Shown here one piece after another: positions 1-9,300 of a stretch of 64,000 nucleotides of DNA; the stretch's first letter is position 1, and each line of letters begins with the position of its first letter. Below the pieces are notes generated by a model, which saw only the letters and a list, made by a program, of their open reading frames with translations, did not search any database and was not told the origin of the DNA. Source of the DNA: an uncultured Planctomycetales bacterium (lineage in GTDB: Bacteria > Omnitrophota > Gorgyraeia > Gygaellales > Profunditerraquicolaceae); NCBI GenBank assembly GCA_964427405.1, contig CAYRUB010000003.1, positions 946-64,945 on the forward strand, written 5' to 3'. A program made the position numbers and the translations under genes.

Positions 1-1074
1 TAGGCGGTTTTCCAAATATCCAGAAGTCACATTATATTCATGCTTAGCGCTAGTGGTACTATCATTCATATTCTTTACATAATTAAATCCACACACTATC
101 CTGTATATATCCAGCAACTGTTTATCAAGCTGCAGATCCAGGCCTCTCACTGTAGTAGTATGAATATCTTTTTGATTATCAGGATTCCATCCGTCGGATG
201 AATTCTCCATGAATTCCAACCTGTCGTAATTCTGATAAGCCTTAGCTGATACTCCAGTTTGTTCATCCGGATGAAAATTCCAATTAAAATCAAAAAAACG
301 CTTCAGAATATTCTGTTTATCGTCTATATCAGGCCAACTTATTGACCCTGGAACGCCTGTTTTACTTGTATAAAAACCTGAATTAAAACTTACATTATTC
401 TCCCCATTAAGTTCATACCCTAACTTTATATTACAATCTTTAGCGCTAAGTTCTGAATTCTCACGAAAACCTTTAGAACTCTCATATCCTCCACTAACCA
501 GAAAACCTAACTTTTTAACCTTTGCCCCATACAACATGCGTTCAATATATGTCCGGGCAGTACCAAAACTTGAATAAAGCTCTGCCTTCTGGCCTTCCTT
601 AGGAGGATTTTTAGTAATAATATTAACCACTCCCCCCATTGCCGAGCTGCCATAAAGACTGGAACCAGAGCCATGCATAACCTCAACTCTGGATATATTA
701 TCTAAAGGTATATCAGATAAATCTACTTGGCCATCTCTGGGGTTATTTATTGGCCTGCCATCCATCAAAACTAAAACTTGAGCAGCGGTAGAACCGCGCA
801 TCCTAATGGACTTTACCGCATTTGGCCCGCCGTAATTGCTTATATCAACGGAAGTAAGATCAGTAAGAGCGTCAGCTAAATCCTGCGCTCCACTTTTCTC
901 TATTTCTCCTGATGTAACCACATCAACTGTGCGGCCGACATCTCCGGATGATTCTTCTATTCTTGAAGGGGTAACTACGATTTTATCCAGTTCAACATCT
1001 TCTGCGCAGGCAACACTTGAGAGGATTATAACCAATAACGCGGAGTTGAATAATTTCTTACAGACATTTTTCAT
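1..1074 (-). CDS. btuB: TonB-dependent outer-membrane cobalamin receptor, 5' part (runs off the window)
   Basis: Not in the ORF track; translated by hand from ATG at 1074: MKNVCKKLFNSALLVIILSSVACAEDVELDKIVVTPSR...IRMRGSTAAQVLVLMDGRPIN...ISRVEVMHGSGSSLYGSSAMGGVVNIITK. This gives a signal peptide, TonB box and plug-domain motifs. It is preceded by a B12 riboswitch. Confidence 0.9.
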   Translation of the reverse strand, partial: MKNVCKKLFNSALLVIILSSVACAEDVELDKIVVTPSRIEESSGDVGRTVDVVTSGEIEKSGAQDLADALTDLTSVDISNYGGPNAVKSIRMRGSTAAQVLVLMDGRPINNPRDGQVDLSDIPLDNISRVEVMHGSGSSLYGSSAMGGVVNIITKNPPKEGQKAELYSSFGTARTYIERMLYGAKVKKLGFLVSGGYESSKGFRENSELSAKDCNIKLGYELNGENNVSFNSGFYTSKTGVPGSISWPDIDDKQNILKRFFDFNWNFHPDEQTGVSAKAYQNYDRLEFMENSSDGWNPDNQKDIHTTTVRGLDLQLDKQLLDIYRIVCGFNYVKNMNDSTTSAKHEYNVTSGYLENRL

Positions 1075-1084
1075 TATAAATTCC

Positions 1085-1210
1085 TTTCCTTTTCTTCCGA
1101 AAGTACTTTCCCTGATAAATGATCGTCCGGGCTCATTGGCTTAATTTCCAATATTACCGTTGCGGGACAGCGCCTGGGCTTTCACCAGGACTTCCTCCAT
1201 TTATCCGGAT
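1085..1210 (-). ncRNA. Short cobalamin riboswitch (Cbl-II-like, no P8-P12 extension) controlling btuB
   Basis: Minus strand GATAAATGG-AGGAAGT-CCTGGTGAAAGCCCAGG-CGCTGTCCCGCAACGGTAA...GAGCCCGGACGA-TCATTTATC, followed by a TTTCGGAAGAAA hairpin next to the purine-rich RBS. Confidence 0.85.
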
Positions 1211-1229
1211 TGTTAACTTTTAATAATTT

Positions 1230-1895
1230 CTAAGCGTATTCTCTAATATCCAAAAACCAGTATTTCCCAAAACTCTCTCTGAATACAGGTTGCGTATTCA
1301 GTATTCTGATCGGCTCCCTGAATAACGGGCCATCAACTACTAATGTGTGAAACTCTCCTTTCTCCCCGCAGGGGTCAATTCCCGGATTTAGCTCTTCTAC
1401 AAACTTCCTGTCAATAATACGGCCCAGCCATTCTTTACTCAATAAATCAGCTTTAACCGCCACCACTACAGACCTAAAACCGGAATCAATAATTTCCAAT
1501 ATTAATTCTTTGGTATCTCTGCCCCATAATGGCATAATCACCTCTACCTCTGCCTCCCGGCAGACTGCATCAATCCACTCTTTATGTTCTTTAAGGTATA
1601 TATCACCGAAAACTACTCCTTCGATACCCGCCTTATTTTTCCATTCGCAAATCAATGCTTTAAATTCATCGCGGTAGGCCTCACTGGTATCAGGCATTGA
1701 CTTTTGCTCTATCGGTATACCAATAGCCTGAGATTGTTTAAGAATAAGCGACGCGGGCAATCCATGAGAAAGTGAATTCTTGCCCATGGGATCCGTAAAA
1801 TTAAATAGTACCGAGAGATCATAGCCCAGGGAGATGGCTTTATAACAGGCAAAACAACTATCCTTTCCCGCGCTCCATAGACCCGCTACTTTCAT
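1230..1895 (-). CDS. Dph6/DUF71 (COG2102) PP-loop ATP pyrophosphatase, diphthine-ammonia-ligase-like
   Basis: WSAGKDS PP-loop, GVVFGDI, PLW and DPCGEKGEFHTLVVDGPLF motifs. Confidence 0.88.
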   Translation of the reverse strand: MKVAGLWSAGKDSCFACYKAISLGYDLSVLFNFTDPMGKNSLSHGLPASLILKQSQAIGIPIEQKSMPDTSEAYRDEFKALICEWKNKAGIEGVVFGDIYLKEHKEWIDAVCREAEVEVIMPLWGRDTKELILEIIDSGFRSVVVAVKADLLSKEWLGRIIDRKFVEELNPGIDPCGEKGEFHTLVVDGPLFREPIRILNTQPVFRESFGKYWFLDIREYA

Positions 1896-3403
1896 TGCAG
1901 CCCTCCTGCAAGGATCTTGCGTAATGAACCCATATCAATATTTTCTCTTACCAATTGGGCTAATTTATCAAATTCTTTGTCCGGATTAAGATTCTCTTTT
2001 ACCGGCAGAGCAGGCCAATTCCTTTTCTTTCTTAACCTATTCAGAAAACTTCTTCTGAAGGGGCTTGCGTCAAATATACCATGGATATATGTTCCTAAAA
2101 TTCGCCGATCACTACTTATCACTCCCTCATTATATTTTATTTTCTTGCCGTTACATTCAGAGACTTCAAAAAAATGATTGCACCTTCCTGTAATCCTGGT
2201 TAATCCGTGATGAATCTCATAGCCGGATAACTTTAATCCCGAGATAAGTTCTTTTGCCTCAACCCGCGCAAGAACTTTATCAGCTTTTAAGCTGGTTTCA
2301 ACCGGAAGAATATTCATTCCCTGGATCTGCTTCTGTTTTGATTCCAATCCATATTTATCAAGTATCCGCTTGCCTAACATCTGGTAACCACCGCAGATCC
2401 CCAGTAAAGAAACTGTCTTATCAGAGTTAATAATAGATAGTATCCTGTTTGTAAATCCCGATTTCATCAGGTATCTTAAATCAGAGATCGTATTCTTTGT
2501 CCCGGGGATAATAATCATATCCGGCTTCTTTAATTCTTCAGGACTTTTTACGTAACGTAAACACACATCAGGCTCTTTTTCCAGTGTATCGAAATCCGTA
2601 AAATTGGAGATATGCGGCAGATAAAGCACATCAATATTAAGCTTACGCTTTCCGCCAGAGGAGCTATCCTTAAAACTATCCAAAGGCACGGCGTCCTCTT
2701 CAGGAATTTTTATATTCTTATAGTAAGGAATGACTCCCAATACCTTGATACCAGTGCGCCTCTGTAAAAAATCTATTCCAGGCTTAAGCAAAGTCATATC
2801 CCCGCGAAACTTATTTATAATTATACCCTTGATCATCCTTCTCTCTTTAAAGGTCAATAACTCAAGTGTACCGATGATCCAGGCAAAAACCCCACCCTTA
2901 TCAATATCACCTACTAAAATCACCGGCGCCTTGGCGAAAGCCGCCATTTTCAAGTTTACTATGTCGTGTGATTTTAAATTTATCTCTGCAGGGCTGCCAG
3001 CTCCCTCTATAACAACAACCTCATAATCATCAGCTAACCTCCGGAAGGAACTCCTTACTACTCCCAAAAGCCTGCTTTTGTATTTTGTATAACGTAAGGC
3101 ATGCATATTGCCGATGGGTTTACCCAGGACAATAACCTGCGCGCCTACATCGCTGGTTGGCTTAATCAAAACAGGATTCATCTCCACTGTCGGCTCTATG
3201 CGGCAGGCTTGAGCCTGGGTTGCCTGAGCCCGGCCGATCTCCCCCTGGCCTCTGGTAACAAATGAATTCAAGGACATATTCTGGGCTTTAAAAGGCGCAA
3301 CCCTGTAACCCTCCTGCAAAAAAATCCTGCATAAGGCCGAGACAATCACGCTTTTACCCACCCCAGAACCTGTACCGCAAATCTGCAATGTTTTTGTTTT
3401 CAT
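1892..3403 (-). CDS. cobQ: Cobyric acid synthase CobQ/CbiP
   Basis: GTGSGVGKS, FKAQNM, EGAGSPAEINL, glutaminase GICGGYQM and GTYIHG motifs. ATG at 3403 preferred over the track's TTG at 3412. Confidence 0.95.
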   Translation of the reverse strand: MKTKTLQICGTGSGVGKSVIVSALCRIFLQEGYRVAPFKAQNMSLNSFVTRGQGEIGRAQATQAQACRIEPTVEMNPVLIKPTSDVGAQVIVLGKPIGNMHALRYTKYKSRLLGVVRSSFRRLADDYEVVVIEGAGSPAEINLKSHDIVNLKMAAFAKAPVILVGDIDKGGVFAWIIGTLELLTFKERRMIKGIIINKFRGDMTLLKPGIDFLQRRTGIKVLGVIPYYKNIKIPEEDAVPLDSFKDSSSGGKRKLNIDVLYLPHISNFTDFDTLEKEPDVCLRYVKSPEELKKPDMIIIPGTKNTISDLRYLMKSGFTNRILSIINSDKTVSLLGICGGYQMLGKRILDKYGLESKQKQIQGMNILPVETSLKADKVLARVEAKELISGLKLSGYEIHHGLTRITGRCNHFFEVSECNGKKIKYNEGVISSDRRILGTYIHGIFDASPFRRSFLNRLRKKRNWPALPVKENLNPDKEFDKLAQLVRENIDMGSLRKILAGGLQ

Positions 3404-3416
3404 TATACGCAATATT

Positions 3417-4166
3417 TTAATGGTAAATATTTCCCAGGATAAAAACCGACAAGAGAGTAACTATTTCCGTTATTTCAATCCCCGCCCCCAAAGTATCACC
3501 GGTTATACCACCTATTTTTTTAGTTGAGAATTTACCCATCACATAACTAAGGCCGGTAATAATTAACAATATGACCAGTCCTTTTATCTGCCAGACTACA
3601 GCCGCAGCAACAACCGCTGCAATTGAAGAAAGAATAAATATTCTTAAATTCATTCCTTTGATAAATACTCCTGCTTTACCCTCCTGCCGGGCATAAGGGA
3701 AAAAAAATATTGTAGCTACCGCTGAGAAGCGACTTAAACTGCACATCAACATTAAAATGATAGGTTTTAAAGATAGACTTATTGAAAAAAGTAAAACAAC
3801 CTTTAACAATATTACACTGATCAAACTTAAAACACCCATTACCCCGGTATGGGAATCACGCATTATCCCAAGCATTTGTTCCTTAGGTTTTCCACTTAAG
3901 AAGGCATCACTAGTATCCGACAAGCCATCCAGATGCATCCCCCCGGTAATAACGATCAAAACAACCACAATAATCACATTCAGGGTCAGGGAAGGAAAGT
4001 TCAAAAAGGATAACAACACATTTACCCCCGCAAGAAATAACCCCAGGAGCAGGCCGATAAGCGGAAAAAATACCATTGAACCCGCCATCCTTTGCGCCCC
4101 GGCATCCTTTAGCTTAAGCGGAATAACGGTTAAAAACTGCAACGCCAGTAAAAATGAGGTTATCAT
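3417..4166 (-). CDS. cobS: Adenosylcobinamide-GDP ribazoletransferase (cobalamin synthase)
   Basis: ALQFLT, TGGMHLDGLSDTSD, MRDSHTG and GGITGDTLGA motifs in a polytopic membrane protein. Confidence 0.95.
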   Translation of the reverse strand: MITSFLLALQFLTVIPLKLKDAGAQRMAGSMVFFPLIGLLLGLFLAGVNVLLSFLNFPSLTLNVIIVVVLIVITGGMHLDGLSDTSDAFLSGKPKEQMLGIMRDSHTGVMGVLSLISVILLKVVLLFSISLSLKPIILMLMCSLSRFSAVATIFFFPYARQEGKAGVFIKGMNLRIFILSSIAAVVAAAVVWQIKGLVILLIITGLSYVMGKFSTKKIGGITGDTLGAGIEITEIVTLLSVFILGNIYH

Positions 4167-5221
4167 ATATTCTTCTCTGATACATTGGCGCTCTTAAATG
4201 TCGCCATCTGGGTAAGAACTTTAATCGCGGCGTCGGCTAATCCAATGCCCAAAGCCCCGCCAGTGCCCTCGCCAAGCCTTAAATCCAAATCTAACAGCGG
4301 CCTTAATCCGATATGCTCCAGAATAATTTTATGCCCCCCTTCTTGAGACTTATGCGCGGCGATCATATAATCTTTTGTCTTAGGCTCAATCTTAAAAGCT
4401 ACTAACGCGGCAGCCCCGGATATAAATCCATCAATAACTACAGGAGTTTTATGGGAAGCGGCAGCCAGAATTATACCCGCTAACCCGGCGATTTCAAATC
4501 CGCCCACCTTGGATAAAACATCAATCGCGTCTGTTGGGTCAGGTTTATTCACCAGAAGTGATCTCTTAATAACCTCAATTTTGTTCTTTAAACCTGAATC
4601 ATTAAGACCGGCCCCTTTCCCGGCTACCTCTTCAACTGATTTAGCGGTAAAAGAAGCGGTAATCGCGCTGGCAGCGGTAGTATTGCCTATACCCATCTCA
4701 CCGGTCCCAACAATATCAACGCCTAGCTTTAGCTCTTCCTCAAAAATCTCTATTCCCGCGCAAATTGCTTTTATTGCCTCATCCCTGCTCATCGCCGGGC
4801 CTTTAGCCATATTTTTTGTCCCGTAATTTATTTTCTTAACCCGTAACCCTGGATCAGGTTTAAGGTCGCTTGCAACACCCATATCTACGACCACCACCTT
4901 TGCGCCAACATGTTTTGCCAAAACATTTATGCCTGCTCCTCCTCCCATAAAATTATAAACCATTTGAGCGGTAACTTCTTTTGGATAAGCGCTCACCCCT
5001 TCATCTGTAACGCCGTGGTCCGCGGCTAAAGTAAAAATGACTTTACGCTCTAATACCGGGCTGAGATTTCCGGTAATTCCGCAGATTTGTTTTGCCAGCT
5101 CCTCTAATCTTCCTAAACTACCTAATGGCTTAGTTAAATTATCCAATCTTTCCTGGGCTTTCCTTATGATTTCATGGTCAATTCTTGAAATATTTTTAGT
5201 TACTTTCTTTATTCTTTCCAC
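4163..5221 (-). CDS. cobT: Nicotinate-nucleotide:dimethylbenzimidazole phosphoribosyltransferase
   Basis: LTKPLGSLGRLE, ADHGV, GEMGIGNTT and LRLGEGTG motifs. Confidence 0.96.
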   Translation of the reverse strand: MERIKKVTKNISRIDHEIIRKAQERLDNLTKPLGSLGRLEELAKQICGITGNLSPVLERKVIFTLAADHGVTDEGVSAYPKEVTAQMVYNFMGGGAGINVLAKHVGAKVVVVDMGVASDLKPDPGLRVKKINYGTKNMAKGPAMSRDEAIKAICAGIEIFEEELKLGVDIVGTGEMGIGNTTAASAITASFTAKSVEEVAGKGAGLNDSGLKNKIEVIKRSLLVNKPDPTDAIDVLSKVGGFEIAGLAGIILAAASHKTPVVIDGFISGAAALVAFKIEPKTKDYMIAAHKSQEGGHKIILEHIGLRPLLDLDLRLGEGTGGALGIGLADAAIKVLTQMATFKSANVSEKNI

Positions 5222-5749
5222 TTATTTTTCTCCTTTTATCTTTAGCGGTATTCCCGCGACAATAAAAAATACCTTATCAGCATTCCTGGCGACCATCTGG
5301 TTGACTCTTCCCGCAATATCACGAAAATCCCTGCCCAGTTTATTCACGGGAACCAAACCTAAACCCACTTCATTAGAAACCATAATTACCTTTGCTTTCT
5401 TCTTACTTAAAACAGCTAACAGTTCTTCAATTTTCTCCAAGATTTGCTCTTGGCTATTCTTGGAAAGAATAAGATTTGAGACTAGAAGAGTCAAACAATC
5501 AATAAGAATGCAATCAAAACCATTACCTAACTTCCCAATTAATCTTGCCAGATCCCTAGGTTCCTCAAAGGTCTTCCAGTGTTTCGGCCTTGATTCTTTA
5601 TGCAACCTGATGCGCTCTTGCATCTCCTTATCTAAACCAAGGCAGGTGGCGATAAAAGCGACTTTTTTATATTTCTTAGCCAGTCTCAAAGCATAACTGC
5701 TCTTGCCGCTGCGCGCTCCTCCCAAGATTAAAGTTATTTTATTCATCAT
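5222..5749 (-). CDS. cobU: Bifunctional adenosylcobinamide kinase / guanylyltransferase
   Basis: GGARSGKS, EMQERIRLH, DCLTL and VSNEVGLG motifs. Confidence 0.95.
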   Translation of the reverse strand: MMNKITLILGGARSGKSSYALRLAKKYKKVAFIATCLGLDKEMQERIRLHKESRPKHWKTFEEPRDLARLIGKLGNGFDCILIDCLTLLVSNLILSKNSQEQILEKIEELLAVLSKKKAKVIMVSNEVGLGLVPVNKLGRDFRDIAGRVNQMVARNADKVFFIVAGIPLKIKGEK

Positions 5750-6346
5750 TTACCTCATATGTGTTTTATTGTTAAACTTCCTTATCTCATACTTATTGTT
5801 TTTATATTCCACGATTGTCACACTAGCCGGAGACGGAACATAACCCCAAAAATCCTTGTTCTTTAATATACTACTCACAAATATACCGATTACTCCGCCG
5901 TGACAGACCACGGCAATGGTTTTGCCGTGATTAAGTAAAAGTATTTTTCTTATGGCGCTTTCCACCCTCTTTTTAAAAACCGGCATTGACTCCGCGCGCG
6001 GAATCCGGCCTTGATAGGGATTAGCCAGCCATTCCTTATAAACCTTGGGATATCTCTCTATAATCTCGTCATGCTTCAATCCTTCAAACACCCCGAAATT
6101 AATCTCCCTTAAACCTTTGGCTTTGGTAAAACTTTTACTTCCAAAAAGTATAGACCTGGTTTGGAGCGCGCGTTTTCTATCGCTGCAATATATTCTGTCG
6201 AAACCGATATCCTTAAGGCTCTTACGCAATTTAACAACTTGGGATTTGCCTTTCCTGCTTAAGCTTACATCCTTATACCCGCAATAACGCCCCTGCTTAT
6301 TCCATTCGGTTATGCCATGGCGGATTAAGATAAGTTTTGTCGTCAT
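5750..6346 (-). CDS. cobC: Histidine phosphatase, probable alpha-ribazole phosphatase
   Basis: LIRHG, LREINFG and VCHGG motifs; position inside the cob operon. Confidence 0.8.
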   Translation of the reverse strand: MTTKLILIRHGITEWNKQGRYCGYKDVSLSRKGKSQVVKLRKSLKDIGFDRIYCSDRKRALQTRSILFGSKSFTKAKGLREINFGVFEGLKHDEIIERYPKVYKEWLANPYQGRIPRAESMPVFKKRVESAIRKILLLNHGKTIAVVCHGGVIGIFVSSILKNKDFWGYVPSPASVTIVEYKNNKYEIRKFNNKTHMR

Positions 6347-7134
6347 TACTTCTCTCCCGGGACCAAAACCACATTAGGCTTACCTGTAACTGAGTTATTA
6401 TTCACCAAAACAATCGTTTTATAAACCGCTTCAATATTTTGATAAGTTAAGACTTTTTCCGGACTGCCCTCTTTAAAAATAATACCCTTATCCAGAAGGG
6501 CAATGCGGTTGGAATACGCGCTGGCTAAGTTCAAATCATGCAGGATCATTACGATCGTAAGGTTATTCTTCCGGTTAAGTTTTTTCAATAAATCCAAGGT
6601 CTGCACCTGATGCCCGATATCCAGGTGCGAAGTCGGCTCATCCAGAAATAAAAGCTCAGGCTCCTGTGCTAAAGCCCGGGCAATCACCACCCGCTGGCGC
6701 TCACCTGCGCTTAATTCATCAATACGCTTATCTTTCAAGTTTAAGGTATCGGTTAGCTTAAGTTTTTCCCTGGCAATCTCAATATCTTTTTTAGTCTCAT
6801 ACTGCAGCCGCTTTAAATGCGGGATCCTGCCCATCAAAACCAGCTCCATAACCGTAAAAGAAAAACCGGTTGAGATATCCTGGGAAACAAAAGCTACTTT
6901 GCGGCAAAATTCCTTTAAATCCATCCGCAAGATATTTTCATCCTTATAAAAAATCTCCCCCTTTTTAAAAGGGAGAACCCGGGTTATCAGGCGCAAAAGC
7001 GTAGTCTTTCCTGATCCATTAGGCCCGATAATCCCCAAAAAATCTCCCTGATTTACATTCAGAGACAATCCCCTAATAACATCTTCCTTATAATAGCCGC
7101 CGCTTAAATTTTTTATCTTTAATAAAACACTCAT
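6346..7134 (-). CDS. btuD: Cobalamin ABC transporter ATPase
   Basis: GPNGSGKT, LSAGERQR and LDEPTSHLD motifs; FecE-type ATPase in B12 context. Confidence 0.85.
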   Translation of the reverse strand: MSVLLKIKNLSGGYYKEDVIRGLSLNVNQGDFLGIIGPNGSGKTTLLRLITRVLPFKKGEIFYKDENILRMDLKEFCRKVAFVSQDISTGFSFTVMELVLMGRIPHLKRLQYETKKDIEIAREKLKLTDTLNLKDKRIDELSAGERQRVVIARALAQEPELLFLDEPTSHLDIGHQVQTLDLLKKLNRKNNLTIVMILHDLNLASAYSNRIALLDKGIIFKEGSPEKVLTYQNIEAVYKTIVLVNNNSVTGKPNVVLVPGEK

Positions 7135-8087
7135 GATATTCTCTTTCCTTTTTTTAGAAGGATAATAAACACCGGAGCCCCAATTACCGCAGTAATCACG
7201 CCAATCGGAATTTCAACGGGGGAAAAAAGCGTGCGTGATAGAAGGTCGCAGAGAATTATAAACACCGAGGCGGCCAAACAGGTAGTCGGGATAAGAATTT
7301 TGTGATTCGGACCCACAATCAAACGCATCATATGCGGTACGATCAAACCGACAAATCCAATTATCCCGCAGATACAAATAAGGCTAGCGGTGATTAAAGC
7401 CGTAATGAGAATAAGAATTTTCTTTATGCTCTGTGTATCTATGCCCAAATGCATAGCCTCTTCTTCCCCTATGCTGATAGCATTAAGGTCCTGAGCGAAT
7501 AAATATATCACGCCTATCCCCAAAATAACGGGGAAAGCAACCAGAAGCAGAAGTTTATAATCATAAACTTGCAAACTTCCCCATAACCACCAGTTCATTT
7601 CATGCATTGCTTCGTTCCCGAATAAAGAGACTAAAAATACTATCAGCGAAGAGAAGGCTACTGAAATAATTACTCCGGAGAGAATTAAGGATTTATCTGT
7701 GATTACCCCTTTTTCCCGGGCCAAATTATAAACGATGATAATGCTGAGCGCTGCGCCCAGGAATGCTGCCAGCGGCATATAAATTCTTGAGACACCCAAT
7801 ATCGCCGCGCTTACCGCGGCTAAACCCGCGCCGCTAGAAGTCCCCAATAAATACGGCTCAGCCAATGGATTCCGCAATATTGCCTGAAGCGCTATCCCGG
7901 AAACTGCCAATCCGCTGCCCACAAGGATTCCGGCAACAATCCGCAGCAGGCGTAAATTAAAAATTGCCTGGTTATCTTTAAACAAAAGATTGGCTGCCGG
8001 AATATTCACTGCGCCTTTTAACAGTCCAAGAATTACGGCAACACCGAGCAATAACAATAAGATCAAAAGGTTTCTTTTTAAGCGCAT
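7131..8087 (-). CDS. btuC: Cobalamin ABC transporter permease (FecCD/BtuC family)
   Basis: RNPLAEPYLLGTSSGA and GIIGFVGLIVPH motifs. Confidence 0.88.
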   Translation of the reverse strand: MRLKRNLLILLLLLGVAVILGLLKGAVNIPAANLLFKDNQAIFNLRLLRIVAGILVGSGLAVSGIALQAILRNPLAEPYLLGTSSGAGLAAVSAAILGVSRIYMPLAAFLGAALSIIIVYNLAREKGVITDKSLILSGVIISVAFSSLIVFLVSLFGNEAMHEMNWWLWGSLQVYDYKLLLLVAFPVILGIGVIYLFAQDLNAISIGEEEAMHLGIDTQSIKKILILITALITASLICICGIIGFVGLIVPHMMRLIVGPNHKILIPTTCLAASVFIILCDLLSRTLFSPVEIPIGVITAVIGAPVFIILLKKGKRIS

Positions 8088-8089
8088 AT

Positions 8090-8923
8090 TTATTTCCCGG
8101 GATATAATCTTTTATAGATCTCTGCCAGACCCTGGGTTATCCTCGGGCCGGGCCTAAGCAAAGTATCCGGATCAATATCATTAAAAACCCGCTTGTTCTT
8201 TACCGCATCTATTTTATCCCAACCAAAACGCTGCTGAACTAATTTTAGAGGCGCTTCCTTGTCCATATACGCCAGGATAATACATTGCGGGTTAAGGCTA
8301 ATTACCTTTTCCGAGCTAAAATTACAATAAGGCCGGATAAGGTCGTGCGCAATATTAATTCCTCCGGCTAAAGTAATTAACTCATCCACAAAAGAGCCTT
8401 TGGCCGCAGTCATTAACGGTTCTTGCCAGATCTCAATAAAAACCTTAATTTTCTTTTCCTGAGGAATAAACCTTACCCGAGAAGCCACTTCCTCAATTTC
8501 ACTTTTCATTTTTGCGATCAACAACCGAGCTTCTTTTGCTCTATTAGTAATTTTCCCTATTTCTTCAATGGTTTCAAACAGTTCTTCGGCACTTACCGGG
8601 TCAGCAACATAAACATTAAAATTAAGCTGCCTTAACTGCGCAACAACCGGAGCCTGCTCAAGTCCGGTACAAAGAATATAATCGGGTTTCAAAGAAATTA
8701 TTTTCTCTATGCTTGGACTGCTAAAATTTCCCACCTTAGTTTTATTCTTGGCTTGCTCCGGGTAATTACAATAAGTACTCACTCCCGCAATTTCTTCATC
8801 TAAACCCAAAGCAAAAAGTATTTCAGTAGTTGATGGCGCAAGGCTGATATAACGGGGTTGCGCTGCGGCAGCATAGCCAAAAAATAAACCAATAAATATA
8901 CTTATAAAAATTATTTTCTTCAT
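8090..8923 (-). CDS. btuF: Periplasmic cobalamin-binding protein
   Basis: Signal peptide, ISLAPSTTEILFALG and RPGPR motifs; first gene after the B12 riboswitch. Confidence 0.9.
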   Translation of the reverse strand: MKKIIFISIFIGLFFGYAAAAQPRYISLAPSTTEILFALGLDEEIAGVSTYCNYPEQAKNKTKVGNFSSPSIEKIISLKPDYILCTGLEQAPVVAQLRQLNFNVYVADPVSAEELFETIEEIGKITNRAKEARLLIAKMKSEIEEVASRVRFIPQEKKIKVFIEIWQEPLMTAAKGSFVDELITLAGGINIAHDLIRPYCNFSSEKVISLNPQCIILAYMDKEAPLKLVQQRFGWDKIDAVKNKRVFNDIDPDTLLRPGPRITQGLAEIYKRLYPGK

Positions 8924-8925
8924 AT

Positions 8926-8968
8926 AAACAAAAACGCCCGACCTAGTACTTTTGTACTTAAATCGGGC
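8926..8968 (-). terminator. Intrinsic terminator, probable riboswitch expression platform
   Basis: Minus strand GCCCGA-TTTA-AGTAC-AAAA-GTACT-AGG-TCGGGC followed by GTTTTTGTTT, immediately before the btuF ATG. Confidence 0.75.
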
Positions 8969-9015
8969 TTTACCCTGATAATTTCTTTACCCGATCCACG
9001 AGGCACTTATTCCTT

Positions 9016-9229
9016 ATATAGGCAGGTCTTCTGGCTCAAGTCTCATCCTACTTGCTGCGCCTTCCCATTTTGACTTTCGTCAACACAGTGGCTTTTGCAG
9101 CTTTCGTCAACTCTTACAGCGGCGGGACCGCATCCGATTAACACACAAGTGTTACACCCGCGCAATTCCAATTAGCGCGGAGTGTAAACTTATAATTAGG
9201 TATGCCTACGGATTTCCCTTAACCTATAT
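9016..9229 (-). ncRNA. Cobalamin riboswitch (class I / AdoCbl type) with a 72-nt insertion in the P4 loop
   Basis: Minus strand AAGGGAA-ATCCG...CGGAT-GCGGTCCCGCCGCTGTAA...GCCACTG...TGGGAAGGC...GAGCCAGAAGACCTGCC (B12 box), closed by ATATAGG/CCTATAT. Confidence 0.92.
9139..9184. repeat. Two-hairpin element family A, copy 1 (inside riboswitch P4)
   Basis: TAACAC-acaa-GTGTTA CAC-CCGCGC-aattccaatta-GCGCGG-a-GTG. Confidence 0.8.
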
Positions 9230-9254
9230 TTACTTCACTAAATTTTCTACTTTT

Positions 9255-9282
9255 ACTTTAACACTTGGTAACAATTTGTCAA
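9255..9282 (-). promoter_or_regulatory. Sigma70-type promoter of the btu/cob operon
   Basis: TTGACA-N16-TAAAGT with a TG extended -10, just upstream of the riboswitch. Confidence 0.6.
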
Positions 9283-9300
9283 GAAAAAATGACATCTTGC

